DNA of 44,959 bases from positions 1 to 44,959 of the forward strand of contig NIVC01004464.1 in the NCBI GenBank assembly GCA_002269645.1. Direction: 5' to 3'. Made by a program: the position numbers and the translations under genes. Positions 1-44,959 of this stretch are shown here, piece after piece (within the stretch, counting starts at the first letter, position 1; each line of letters begins with the position of its first letter). This stretch comes from Macrostomum lignano. Lineage: Eukaryota. The notes under the pieces are model-generated. The model worked only from the letters and a program-made list of their open reading frames with translations. It was not told the DNA's origin and ran no database searches.

Positions 1-3000
1 AGACCACCATCGACATCGACGGCACGCCAGTCTGCATGGAGGTCGATACTGGGGCGTCTGTGTCACTCATCTCTGCGAAGACCTACAACGAAGTACTACG
101 AGGGCGTCCCAGACTCGAGCGAGTCAACACGCAGCTGCGGACGTACTCCGGAGAGCTGGTGCCCGTTCTCGGCCAACTTCGAGTTCGCGCGCAGACCGAG
201 ATCGCCAGCAAGGTGCTGCCGCTGCTCGTGATCGATGGTGCCGGCTCGAATCTGGTTGGCCGCGACTGGCTGGCCGAACTTCCGCTGGACTGGCGAGACA
301 TCAAGCAGGTGCAACAGCATCCGTCAGGGCAACCAGGACTCAAGAGCCTGCTGGACAAGTACGCCGAAGTCTTCGAGCCGGGCCTTGGTCGGTACTCGGG
401 GCCCGCGGTTCGGCTGCAGCTGAAAGCCTCAGCGCGGCCGAGGTTTTTCAAAGCCAGGAACGTCCCGCTTGCGCTGAAGGAGAAGGTCGAGGCGCAACTC
501 GAAAAAGAGATCGAACAGGGAGTGCTGAAGCCGGTGAGCAGCTCGGACTACGCGTCTCCGATCGTACCCGTTTTAAAGACAGATGGCTCGGTCCGCATAT
601 GCGCTGATTTTAAACAAACGGTGAACCTCGACGTCGAGCCCGACACGTACCCGGTGCCGAGAATCGAGGAGCTCTTCGCGAAACTGGCCGGCGGAAAGAA
701 ATTCACTAAGCTTGACTTGTCGCAAGCGTACTCGCAACTGCCTCTGGACGAAGCCTCGCAAGAACTCTGCACCATCAACACCAGCAAGGGGCTGCTGCGG
801 TACACGAGACTGCCGTTCGGAGTTGCTCCCGCTGTCGGCATTTTCCAGCGCCAGATGGACTGCCTCCTGCAGGGCATTCCCACGTCACCTGCTTTGTTGA
901 CGACCTGCTGGTTACCGGCGTGGATGATGACAGCCACCTGAAGACGCTGGAGCAGGTCCTTCGGCGACTGCAGCAGAGCGGCCTCCGGTGCGGCCTGAGT
1001 AAGTGCAGCTTTATGCAGCAGAGCATCAGCTACCTCGGGCATCGAATCGACGCCGAAGGGCTGCACCCTCTCCAGGACAAGGTGCGGGCGATCCAGGACG
1101 CGCCACCGCCCCGCGACCAGACGCAGCTGCGCAGCTTCCTCGGGCTGGTAAATTATTACGGCAAGTTCATGCCCAATCTGTCAACCGAACTGGCGCCGCT
1201 GAACCAGCTGCTGAACAAGGGCGCCCCCTGGCGATGGGACGCTGTGCAGGACGAGGCGTTTCGCAGGTGAAAGTCGCTACTCAGCCAGGCACCGGTGCTT
1301 GCGCATTTCGACCGTCAGAAGCCGCTGGTGCTCGAGTGCGACGCCTCGCCTTATGGCATCGGCGCCGTCATCAGCCACCGAATCGACGGAGTCGATAGGC
1401 CGATCGCCTTCGCCTCTCGCACGCTACATGAAGCAGAGACCCGATACTCCCAGCTCGAGAAGGAGGCGCTCGCGGTCATTTACGGAGTTAAGAAATTTCA
1501 CATGTACCTGTTCGGGCGAGACTTCAAGCTGGTGAGCGACCACAAGCCGCTGCTCGGTCTGCTGCACCAGTCCAAGCCGATACCAGCACTGGCTTCTGGC
1601 AGAATCCAGCGGTGGGCGCTGCTCCTGGCCGGCTACCAGTACTCCATGGTCCACCGAGCGGGCAAGTCGCTGCTTCGAGCCGATGCGCTGAGTCGGCTGC
1701 CGCTGCCGGAGAAGCCGAAGGAAGCGCCAACTCCAGCTGAAGTCGTCCTACTCATGGACTTCCTGGACGAGGGACCGGTGACGGCTCGGCACATCCGGAC
1801 GTGGACTCGGACAGACCCGGACTTGTCCCGAGTTCTGCGTTTCACTGAGACCGGCTGCTGGCCAGAGCGGCCGCCGCCTGAGCTGCAGCCGTACTGCACG
1901 CGAGCCGACCAGCTGAGCACCCAAGACGGCTGTCTGCTCTGGGGCTGCCGAGTCGTAGTTCCCGAGGCCGGTCGAGAGGCGCTGCTGCACTGCCTGCACC
2001 AGGGGCACCAGGGCGCCACGAGAATGAAGGCGCTGGCTCGAAGCGTTTTCTGGTGGCCTAAGCTGGACGAGGCGATCGAGCGGCTGGTCGCCGCGTGCAC
2101 CGAGTGCCAGGAGATGCAGAAGTCGCCAGGTCCGTTTCCACTGCAGCCGTGGGCGTGGCCGGACAAGCCGTGGTCGCGCCTGCACATTGACTACGCCGGG
2201 CCAGTCCAGGGCCGGATGTTGCTGGTTGTCGTGGACGCTCACTCCAAGTGGATGGACGTGCATGTGATGTCTTCGACGTCGTCGACTGCGACTATCGAGA
2301 AGCTGCGGTCGAGCTTTGCAACTCACGGTCTGCCGGACGTGATCGTCTCCGACAACGGTCCGAACCTGGTCAGCGCGGAGATGGAGACATTCCTGAGCAA
2401 GAACGGCATCCGGCACGTGCGCACGGCTCCGTACCACCCGGCGTCCAACGGCCAAGCAGAGCGAGCAGTTCAGACTCTGAAGCGTGCGCTGGCCAAGCAG
2501 CGAAGCGGCTCTCTGGAGGAGCGAGTCTCCCGGTTCCTCCTGACGTACCGAGTCACGCCGCATGCGACTACCGGGACGGCTCCCTGCGAGCTGCTGATGG
2601 GGCGGAGGCTGAAATCGTTGCTCGACCGAGTCCGCCCTGACCTGCCCGCCCGGGTGGCCGTCCAGCAGGCACTGCAGAAGGAGCAGCACGATGCCCACGC
2701 GCACGACCGCCGCATTAATGTCGGCGACTCGGTGCTGGCGCGAGACTTCGCGAGAGACGGACGCTGGAGACCGGCGACAGTCACGGACAGTTCTGGTGCG
2801 GCCGACTTCACGTGCCGGTTCGATGACGGCAGAGACGCACACAGGCACGTGGACCAGGTGCGCAAGCCGGCCGCGGTCAGTCAGCTTCCGACCGAGCCAG
2901 CGGTACCAGCGGCAGCGGTGCCGCAGTGCGATGCGGTGCCGAAGGGCGCATCCGAAGTTTTTGCTGACGGCGTTGCTACTGAGGCTGCGGCAGAGCCTGA

Positions 3001-3067
3001 CGCCATACCGCAGCTTCGCCGTTCGATGAGGAAGTGCGCTGCACCTGAGCGACTGACTTACAGCTGA
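1..3067 (+). pseudogene. pol: Gypsy pol polyprotein with two lesions: a -1 frameshift near 879-881 and an in-frame TGA at 1268-1270
   Basis: ORFs 36..941, 920..1270 and 1295..3067 join into one pol. Integrase HHCC is HCLHQGH...CTEC and DDE is HIDYAG / VSDNG / NGQAER, with a GPY/F-like tail. ORFs 920 and 1295 are in the same frame, separated only by TGA. Confidence 0.9.
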
Positions 3068-3180
3068 AGTAACTGTTCTTGATGAACTCGATTTTAGTAC
3101 CTTAGTTGTGTTGCTCGCTTCAATATTTTTTTTAATTATTACTAATAGTGTTAATTTTTGTTAATCTTACTTTCATACTT

Positions 3181-3193
3181 AAGTGCGAAGGGA
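3181..3193 (+). other. Polypurine tract of the Gypsy element
   Basis: aagtgcgaaggga lies immediately before TGTGAT, about 115 nt after the pol stop. Confidence 0.6.
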
Positions 3194-3401
3194 TGTGATG
3201 ACTTGATATTGAGAGTTTGCATTTGCGGTTTTGGGGTTGGCCTGCGCTGGGGGGGGGTTGGGGGCACGCTCAAGTTGCCTTTTGATTTATCGATTGTAAT
3301 GTACGCACATACTTTGTGCATGCCTAATATTAAAATATATATATCGACTGATTCTGGCTTTTGAGCCCTCGTGTTTTTGTTATCGTCCGCCAAATATTGC
3401 A
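3194..3401 (+). repeat. Putative 3' LTR (~208 bp)
   Basis: Starts TGT right after the PPT, contains ATTAAA (~3329), and has a plausible end at ...TATTGCA. The right boundary is unverified because the 5' LTR is not in the window. Confidence 0.55.
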
Positions 3402-3455
3402 ATAGTTGACTCTGCTAAAATTGAAATGCATAGATTAGTACTGGTGCTCATAATA

Positions 3456-4069
3456 TACCCTTTTGCGATCTAGTTTGCCAAAACTGCAATCAATTTTGCC
3501 CGCGGAAAAATATCACTTATAATTTTGCTGTCTAGGCCAAGTCTGCTCAGTCATGACCAGAGTTTCAGCCACAGACAACTCTTTGAAAACTGAAATCAAT
3601 TTTGCCAAAACTGCGACCTAGTTTGCCCATAGCAAAGAAAACGCCACAGACATACATAGCAAGATCAAAGAATGGCCCAGCGTGGGCCTTATAACAGGAT
3701 TTCAGCGAAGGACCGGCAGCGATTGATTCAAGCATATCAGGATGGAGAGGCCTGGCAAGATTTCGGTAATGGGCATCTCACGAAGAACCGTGACTTACAT
3801 AGTTGGACAATTCAACGCAACCGGTCGTATAGAGCCTCTGCCTCGCGGAGGTGCCAAGCGGAGGTCCCTTAACAATGCTATGATTGAGAGCATTTGTGCC
3901 TACGTCTACCATTAAAAACTCGCTGTTTATTGTTCACTGTTACAGTTTATTTCGTCACACTTCCGAATTGATTCTCAATAAAAATTCTTCTTGGCTTGCT
4001 ATGGGCAAACTAGGTCGTAGTTTTGGCAAAATTGATTGCAGTTTTGGCAAACTAGATCGCAAAAAAGTA
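3456..4069 (+). mobile_element. Internally deleted Tc1/IS630-like DNA transposon
   Basis: TA at 3454-3455 and 4070-4071. TIR TAC(CC/TT)TTTTGCGATCTAGTTTGCCAAAACTGCAATCAATTTTGCC at both ends. Internal frameshifted N-terminal HTH remnants MAQRGPYNRISAKDRQRLIQAY and NATGRIEPLPRGGAKRR; no DDE domain. Confidence 0.8.
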
Positions 4070-4140
4070 TATAAGAGTAAGAAATTCGACAATTGTTACA
4101 AATTAGCACAAAAAACTACAAAGAAAACAAGTTTTCTCAC

Positions 4141-37528
<33,388 letters not shown>

Positions 37529-37729
37529 CTTCAGGAGGCGGCGGCGGTGGCACCTCCTGCTGACTCAGTTCGAGAGAATCTCGGCCATTCTCCGTGGATG
37601 GGCAGCGGCTGGCCGCTCCGCTCGATTGAAGGAATGACGGCCGGGCTGAAAAATAGCATCAGTGTTGGTGTTTTTCCACGGCTGTTTCTTAAAAGGTTGA
37701 CATTCATAATTTTGGTTGCTATTATAGAT
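37529..37729 (-). other. 5' UTR part of exon 1, bounded by a splice acceptor
   Basis: Pyrimidine-rich ...ctctcttatttgtatcgatttggcttacag| ends at 37730. Confidence 0.5.
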
Positions 37730-37765
37730 CTGTAAGCCAAATCGATACAAATAAGAGAGTCGCAT

Positions 37766-38192
37766 GTTAGACAGAGTATTTACCTGTTAGACAGGGGTGT
37801 TTATTATTTACCTGTAAGACAGGGAGTAGTTACCTGTTAGACATGGAGAAGTTACCTGTTAGACAGGGAGTATTTACCTGTTAGACAGGGAGTATTTACC
37901 TGTTAGACAGGGAGTATTTACCTGTTAGACAGGGAGTATTTACGTGTTAGACAGGGAGTATTTACGTGTTAGACAGGGAGTATTTACCTGTTAGACAGGG
38001 AGTATTTACATGTTAGACAGGGAGTATTTACGTGTTAGACAGGGAGTATTTACGTGTTAGACAGGGAGTATTTACCTGTTAGACAGGGAGTATTTACGTG
38101 TTAGACAGGGAGTATTTACGTGTTAGACAGGGAGTATTTACCTGTTAGACAGGGAGTATTTACGTGTTAGACAGGGAGTATTTACCTGCTAG
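37766..38192. repeat. 22-bp minisatellite (TGTTAGACAGGGAGTATTTACS)
   Basis: Direct inspection. Confidence 0.92.
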
Positions 38193-38732
38193 AGAGACAG
38201 GCAGACAAGAAGTGCAGCCAAGACAACAAGTAGAAGAAATTGGCGCAGAAATATGGTTAGAAAATCTCTCTTTAAATAGGACAGAATGGGGGTGAGTAGA
38301 ACTTCCGCTCCTGAAGTTTGGCCAGCGGTACTACACTGCTTTTTGCGCCAAGAGAATAAAAGCAAGAGACAATGCGCCTCTTTCTTCAACTATCCGCAAT
38401 CTTGACTGCATGGCCATGCTCTTCTGACAAGGCGCAGAAAACCTGACCCTAAACAAATCTTCCGTAATCTCCAAACGCCAGCTTTGCTCCAAATATGACT
38501 CTTTGTGGGCGTCAGCTCTTTTTCTCTGCGGACAAAATATTTTTCGTTCAGCTTAGTGAAAATAGGAAAAGTGCATCAGGCTGATTCGCATTGATTTTGA
38601 CTGCTTCAAACGGTGCACATGGTGCTTAGTTTGCCTTATTAAAAGTTGTACTTGTAGTCTGTAGTGCTGCCAAAAAATTCTATTCTAAATTATACACATG
38701 GAACAGGAGTTTCTTGAAGTCTAATTGGATTG

Positions 38733-39123
38733 TAGCTTCCCTCGGCTAGATAAAGCTTCCTTCGGCTAGATAAAGCTTCCCTCAGCTAGATAAAGCTTCC
38801 CTCGGATAGATAAAGCTTCCCTCGGCTAGATAAAGCTTCCCTCAGCTAGATAAAGCTTCCCTCAGATAGATAAAGCTTCCCTCAGCTAGATAAAGTTTCC
38901 CTCAGCTAGATAAAGCTTCCCTCAGCTAGATAAAGCTTCCCTCGGCTAGATAAAGCTTCCCTCAGATAGATAAAGCTTCCCTCAGCTAGATAAAGCTTCC
39001 CTCGGATAGATAAAGCTTCCCTCGGGTAGATAAAGCTTCCCTCGGCTAGATAAAGCTTCCCTTGGCTAGTTGAAGCTTCCCTCAGCTAGATAAAGCTTCC
39101 CTCGGCTAGGTAAAGCTTCCCTT
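38733..39123. repeat. 20-bp minisatellite (TAGATAAAGCTTCCCTCRGC)
   Basis: Direct inspection; each unit carries an AAGCTT palindrome. Confidence 0.92.
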
Positions 39124-39544
39124 AATTTTTCTAAGCTTCCGTAAACTGTACCAGCATCAGTAGCTTAACTGATTAATACCACAGTGTCTTATAAAGCAGT
39201 TTCTTCAGCTTCTTCCTTAAGCCCTATTATTTATCAAAGATATGAAGACTACAGAGCAAAGAAGAGAACTTCACACAGCAAACAGACGCTGAGGCAAAAG
39301 TAAACTTCTCAAAGAATTTACAGCCCCAGTAGGAAGGTAAAATCCACGAATCGATCTGGGACAAAAACAATAAATCCCTGCAGGTTGCATACTGAGCTGA
39401 GGCTCCTCAGCACTCATGGGCAGGAAGTAGGTTATCGAAAAACTTGCGCGTGACTTTTTTGAACTTTTTTCCGCCCGCATTGTAACTCAATTTTGTCCAA
39501 ATTTCAGATTTTTGATTAGGACTCTTCAAAATTTTAGGATTCTT

Positions 39545-40115
39545 TAGATTCATGAGATAGGGCAGCTTCATGAGATGAGGGAGATTCATGAGATAGGGCA
39601 GCTTCATGAGATGGGGGAGATTCATGAGATAGGGCAGCTTCATGAGATGGGGGAGATTCATGAGATAGGGCAGCTTCATGAGATGAAGGAGATTCATGAG
39701 ATAGGGCAGCTTCATGAGATGGGGGACATTCATGAGATAGGGCAGCTTCATGAGATGGGGAGATTCATGAGATAGGGCAGCTTCATGAGATGGGGGACAT
39801 TCATGAGATAGGGCAGCTTCATGAGATGGGGGAGATTCATGAGATAGGGCAGCTTCATGAGATGGGGGACATTCATGAGAAAGGGCAGCTTCATGAGATG
39901 GGGGACATTCATGAGATAGGGCAGCTTCATGAGATGGGGGAGATTCATGAGATAGGGCAGCTTCATGAGATGGGGGACATTCATGAGATAGGGCAGCTTC
40001 ATGAGATGGGGGACATTCATGAGATAGGGCAGCTTCATGGGATGGGGGACATTCATGAGATAGGGGAGATTCATGAGATTCATGAGATTTGTGAGATTCG
40101 TGAGATTCATGAGAT
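39545..40115. repeat. 36-bp (2 x 18 bp) minisatellite built on TTCATGAGA
   Basis: TTCATGAGATAGGGCAGC alternates with TTCATGAGATGGGGGASA. Confidence 0.92.
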
Positions 40116-40389
40116 TGAGAAACAAAAATATCGGAGCTTTAATGGAAATGGGCAGCAGTGGCAAGGAGACTCGGTCCAAGTGAAGAGTAAATGACTGACA
40201 AGCGCCATGCAGTGTAAAGGACAAATGCAGTCAATACTGTTGTTGTGGAAGTGATGGAAATTCACTTGCTGCATAGGAGTAGGCGGACGGCGTCAGAGTT
40301 TGGATAAAGAACTCAATCAGTTGGGTTTCCGCTAGAGGCAAAGTAATTAACTGGGACAGTGAGATGCTGGATGGCAGATGCAGCGTTTG

Positions 40390-40871
<482 letters not shown>

Positions 40872-41644
40872 ATCGATCTATCAGTGCCTCGCTCGTGCTT
40901 AAGAGTCAGCCATTTCGAACTTGGCAGCAGAGGATTAGGAAGAACAGTAGGAGGGAATGGCTGCAAGGGGTTTGAAGTTGGTCTCTGTGCCAGTGTAGTA
41001 TTTCACATGAATATACATATATATATGTGTGTACATACCCCCTGAGAGCAGATCGCAGCCCGGAGTCCAGTCAGGGCCAGCGGTATGGCATGGCTGACAC
41101 CGGAGGGTAGAGAGGTCTTAATTAATTATTTATTGTAAGCCACGGGCCGCCTCCCCACCACCTCGCATCTTCCCTCTCCCGCCCAGGCTCTACTTCTTCA
41201 GCAGCAAGCGGTCAGCAATCCCAGCGGCTGGCAGTCCGGCATGACCACAGGGCTGCCTTGAACAAAACGTGGAGACCCAATAAAAGCCATATACATCCTC
41301 ATGCAGCCCGTCATTGCACTGAAGTAAGCTTAAAAGTTTCTTATGAATTAAAGAGCTAACTATAATAAATAAGAGTTTACTGTGTTTAATACTTGGAGCT
41401 ACTATATCAATAGACAGTTGATAAGTTAAACAAATTGCACTGGTGCCAAGAAGTTAGCAAGGAAATGGCATGCACCATTCCAGGGTGTCAGAAAGTGAGA
41501 GTGGAGAGCAATTAAGGGAAACTGGGAGTGTTTTAGACTGAGCATCCGGCCCTATCAGTTATGGCGACTGAGACTGGCAATAAAATTGGTTGAAAGTGTT
41601 TCTTAAGCTTAGTAGAGCTTACCCACATAAACCACTGTCTGTGG

Positions 41645-43292
41645 TTTATCGATCACAGATCACAGAATCGGAGTTAAGGAGGGCGATGACAGAATCGATG
41701 AGGTGGAGGGCGATGACCGATCATATAGAATCGGTGAGGTGAAGGGCGATGACCGATAATATAATCGTTGAGGTGAAAGGCGATGACCGATCATATAATC
41801 AATGAGGTGGAGGGCGATGACCGATCGCAGAATCGGAGTCGAGGAGGGCGATGACCGATCACAGAATCGAAGCGAAGGAGGGCGATGACCGATCACAGAA
41901 TCGAAGCGAAGGAGGGCGATGACCGATCACAGAATCGAAGCGAAGGAGGGCGATGACCGATCACAGAATCGGAGTTAAGGAGGGCGATGACCGATCACAG
42001 AATCGGAGTTAAGGAGGGCGATGACCGATCACAGAATCGGAGTTAAGGAGGGCGATGAACGATCACAGAATCGGAGTTAAGGAGGACGATGACCGATCAT
42101 ACAATCGGAGTCAAGGAGGGCGATGACTGATCACAGAATCGGAGTTAAGGAGGGCGATGACCGATCATAGAATCGGAGTCAAGGAGGGCGATGACCGATC
42201 ATAGAATCGGAGTCAAGGAGGGCGATAACCGATCACAGAATCGGAGTTAAGGAGGGCGATGACCGATCACAGAATCGGAGTTAAGGAGGGCGATGACCGA
42301 TCACAGAATCGGAGTTAAGGAGGACGATGACCGATCATATAATCGGAGTCAAGGAGGGCGATGACCGATCATAGAATCGAAGTCAAGGAGGGCGATGACC
42401 GATCACAGAATCGGAGTTAAGGAGGGCGATGACCGATCATAGAATCGGAGTTAAGGAGGACGATGACCGATCATAGAATCGGAGTCAAGGAGGGCGATGA
42501 CCGATCATAGAATCGGAGTCAAGGAGGGCGATGACCGATCACAGAATTGGAGCGAAGGAGGGCGATGACCGATCACAGAATCGGTAAGGTGAAGGGCGAT
42601 GACCGATCATAGAATCGGAGTCAAGGAGGGCGATGACCGATCACAGAATTGGAGCGAAGGAGGGCGATGACCGATCACAGAATCGGAGCGAAGGAGGGCG
42701 ATGACCGATCACAGAATCGGAGCGAAGGAGGGCGATGACCGATCACAGAATTGGAGCGAAGGAGGGCGATGACCGATCACAGAATCGGAGCGAAGGAGGG
42801 CGATGACCGATCACAGAATCGGTGAGGTGAAGGGCGATGACCGATCACAGAATCGGAGCGAAGGAGGGCGATGACCGATCACAGAATCGGTGAGGTGAAG
42901 GGCGATGACCGATCACAGAATTGGAGCGAAGGAGGGCGATGACCGATCACAGAATCGGTGAGGTGAAGGGCGATGACCGATCACAAAATCGATGAGGTGG
43001 AGGGCGATGACCGATCATAGAATCGGAGCTGAGAAGGGCGATGACCGATCACAGAATCGGTGAGGTGAAGGGCGATGACCGATCACAAAATCGATGAGGT
43101 GGAGGGCGATGACCGATCATAAAATCGGAGCTGAGAAGGGCGATGACCGATCACAGAATCGGAGTTTATGAGGGCGATGACCAATTACAGAATCGATGAG
43201 GTGGAGGGCGATGACCGATCATAGAATCGGAGTTGAGGGGGGCGATGATCGATCATAGAATCAGAGCTGAGGGGGGGGCGATGACCGATCAC
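41645..43292. repeat. 34-bp minisatellite (GACCGATCACAGAATCGGAGTTAAGGAGGGCGAT), about 48 copies
   Basis: Direct inspection; no unique spacers. Confidence 0.95.
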
Positions 43293-44959
43293 AGGTATCT
43301 TTTAAATGTCTAATTGAGTCAAACAGGTGCAGAGATCTCACCTTTGTTAACAGCCGGTTAAGAATTTGGACAAAAGCTAATTAGGAGCAATATTTTAAAT
43401 TAGTTGACGAGTCGATAAAAAATGACGCATGTTGCGTTAAACTTTTCGGTTGAGCAAAGCTAAACCAGAAGCCGCTGTCTGTGACCCGTTCTGCAATTTT
43501 ATAGCCAAATAGGCGGTGGATAACAATTTTTTTGGCTGGAGTGGCGTGGAACAGCAGAAACCCATCTCTATCCGGCTTTGAGAAGGGCAGGGATGGCGGA
43601 GGGAGACGGCTGAGAGGGTGAAGGGTTGACTGAAGGGGGGCGAGGTGGGGGGGGCTCTGACCCCGCACTAGCGGGCTGGGGGAATCCGCATCTTCTCAAA
43701 CACCCCACGAAAGTCGCGAATCAGACTCAGCTCCGCCTACCCCATCCTCTCTTCTCCCCTGGCTCTTCTGTCGTCTGCTTTTCCTTCCCCCCCCCTGCGC
43801 TGGCTTTTCCCGGCTTCAACTGGAAACTGGGAGGCGGGCAGGGGGAGACAGCATTGCCAGCATCCAGCTCATACCCATAGGGAGCTGTACTCAACCTCCC
43901 GGTCGGACATGAAGCTTCATTCTCTTTGCACTCTTGACTCTCCACATGCTCTGTCCCGGGTTTCTCTTGCCCTATCCTGCACCCCCCCCCCAGTGCACTC
44001 GGGTGGCGAACGAGCTTTCTCGCGCCTGCTCAATTAAGAAGCTCAGGCAGAATTTCGTTCTGTACGCTTTCACCCCAGCGTCCAGCTATTTCAGTGGCAC
44101 ACTTTTGCGTGCAAGGAGAATATCGCCGCTTAGGGGGGGGATAAATTTAGAAATCCCCTCAGTCCAAACTCTCCTCTAACCACCAGCCAGCTCGAAATGA
44201 GCGCCTCAGGATGGCCTCGAGCGCATCTCCTGATCGCCACCCCGCCCACCAGCAAAGTGTAACTATTACTCCGAGGCCGAGTGCAGATGGACAGATACCC
44301 CCTCCTGAGACAGCCAGAGTCCTGCACCACCCACTCCGAATTGGCGATCCCAATAAAGCCGGCTAAAATCCCCAACCCGCACCTCGAGAGCTACCCAGTA
44401 TTCGAGAGCTATGACTATAAATACTCGGACAGAATTCCTTCTGCATCCCTATTTTTTGCTCGATTGCTGAGACTGGCCCAGCTGGGAGATCTTAGCCCGG
44501 GGCAAACCGCCACAGAGAGTGCACACATTCCTGCGGCGACAAATATGGGCAGAATTGTCGTCAGCTCTGGTTGTGATACGATGTCTTCCAAAGGTTGCTT
44601 GCAGCTGCACAGAGATGCCAGAGCCAAATTTGCTGTAAAACAGATGATTGCATGGCTTCAGTGCACCTTCCAAACTGTCGTTCCCAGCAGACAGGCAGCT
44701 ATCAATTATTTTCTCTCGCTCCACTTGAGATCTACAACAGATATACAACAGACAAATGACAAAAGTGACGATATCGAAAAAAGCGTTTGCTATTTTTAAA
44801 AAATGAAACTGCTATCAAACAATTTGAAAGGATAATTTTAAAAAAATGCTTCAACTCGCGCGCCCAACATGGGTTTGTGTTTCTGTACGAGCTACTTGTA
44901 GTAGCCTGATTAGGTCAACAACAAAAATACGGTCGATGTGAACGTTCGAAGCTACTACA

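Larger units (their letters stand above)
1..3401 (+). mobile_element. Ty3/Gypsy LTR retrotransposon, 3' part (5' end and gag lie outside the window); antisense to the host gene
   Basis: Domain order PR (EVDTGAS) - RT (DYASPIVPV, LDLSQAYSQL, RLPFG, FVDD) - RNase H (LECDAS, EKEALAV, SDHKPL, ADALSR) - integrase is diagnostic of Ty3/Gypsy. It is followed by a PPT and a TG...CA-bounded segment. Confidence 0.95.

Noticed and set aside
1268-1270. Programmed stop read-through at the RT-RNase H boundary
   Set aside because: Read-through in retroelements is known at gag-pol, not here. Compensating indels or a mutation explain it more simply.
83-3029. Overlapping antisense and alternate-frame ORFs (e.g. 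1748..2848, 366 aa)
   Set aside because: Shadow ORFs expected from GC-rich pol codon usage; no recognisable motifs.
39407-40224. LRR-like periodic ORFs (MNLPHLMKLPYL / MGEIHEIGQLHE)
   Set aside because: Translations of the 36-bp minisatellite on both strands; no splice context or unique flanking domain.
41645-43292. 34-bp repeat array resembling CRISPR in unit length (also the 31-bp arrays)
   Set aside because: Head-to-tail tandem units with no unique spacers, no cas genes, and a eukaryotic context.
44130-44800. LTR-like segment (AATAAA, TATA-like) and ORFs 44281..44799 / 44449..44748
   Set aside because: No TG...CA ends or TSD found, the signal order is wrong for an LTR, and the peptides have no recognisable motif.

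Overview
Eukaryotic (animal, probably invertebrate) genomic DNA, not prokaryotic. The style (GC-rich exons, polyQ, dense micro- and minisatellites) is reminiscent of the flatworm Macrostomum, but the species cannot be established from sequence alone. The window is dominated by one large minus-strand gene. I reconstructed it by hand as 14 coding exons between 37528 and 4141; every junction is GT-AG and phase-compatible, giving 7857 nt / 2619 codons, and the gene is still open at its 3' end. The product has a Piccolo-like architecture: N-terminal DLSHLTDEER helix, one Piccolo-type Zn finger, two giant low-complexity exons, coiled coils, PDZ, and a C2A domain with five Ca2+-ligand aspartates. The left end holds the 3' part of a nearly intact Ty3/Gypsy LTR retrotransposon (PR-RT-RH-INT, PPT, 3' LTR) antisense to that gene, followed by an internally deleted Tc1-like element. 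Introns and the upstream region contain tRNA-derived SINEs (one nested in an older relative), a MITE, a rearranged Tc1-like remnant and about 15 tandem arrays. Most long ORFs in the supplied track beyond 19 kb are translations of these arrays. All domain and family calls are from motif recognition by eye; no database searches were run.
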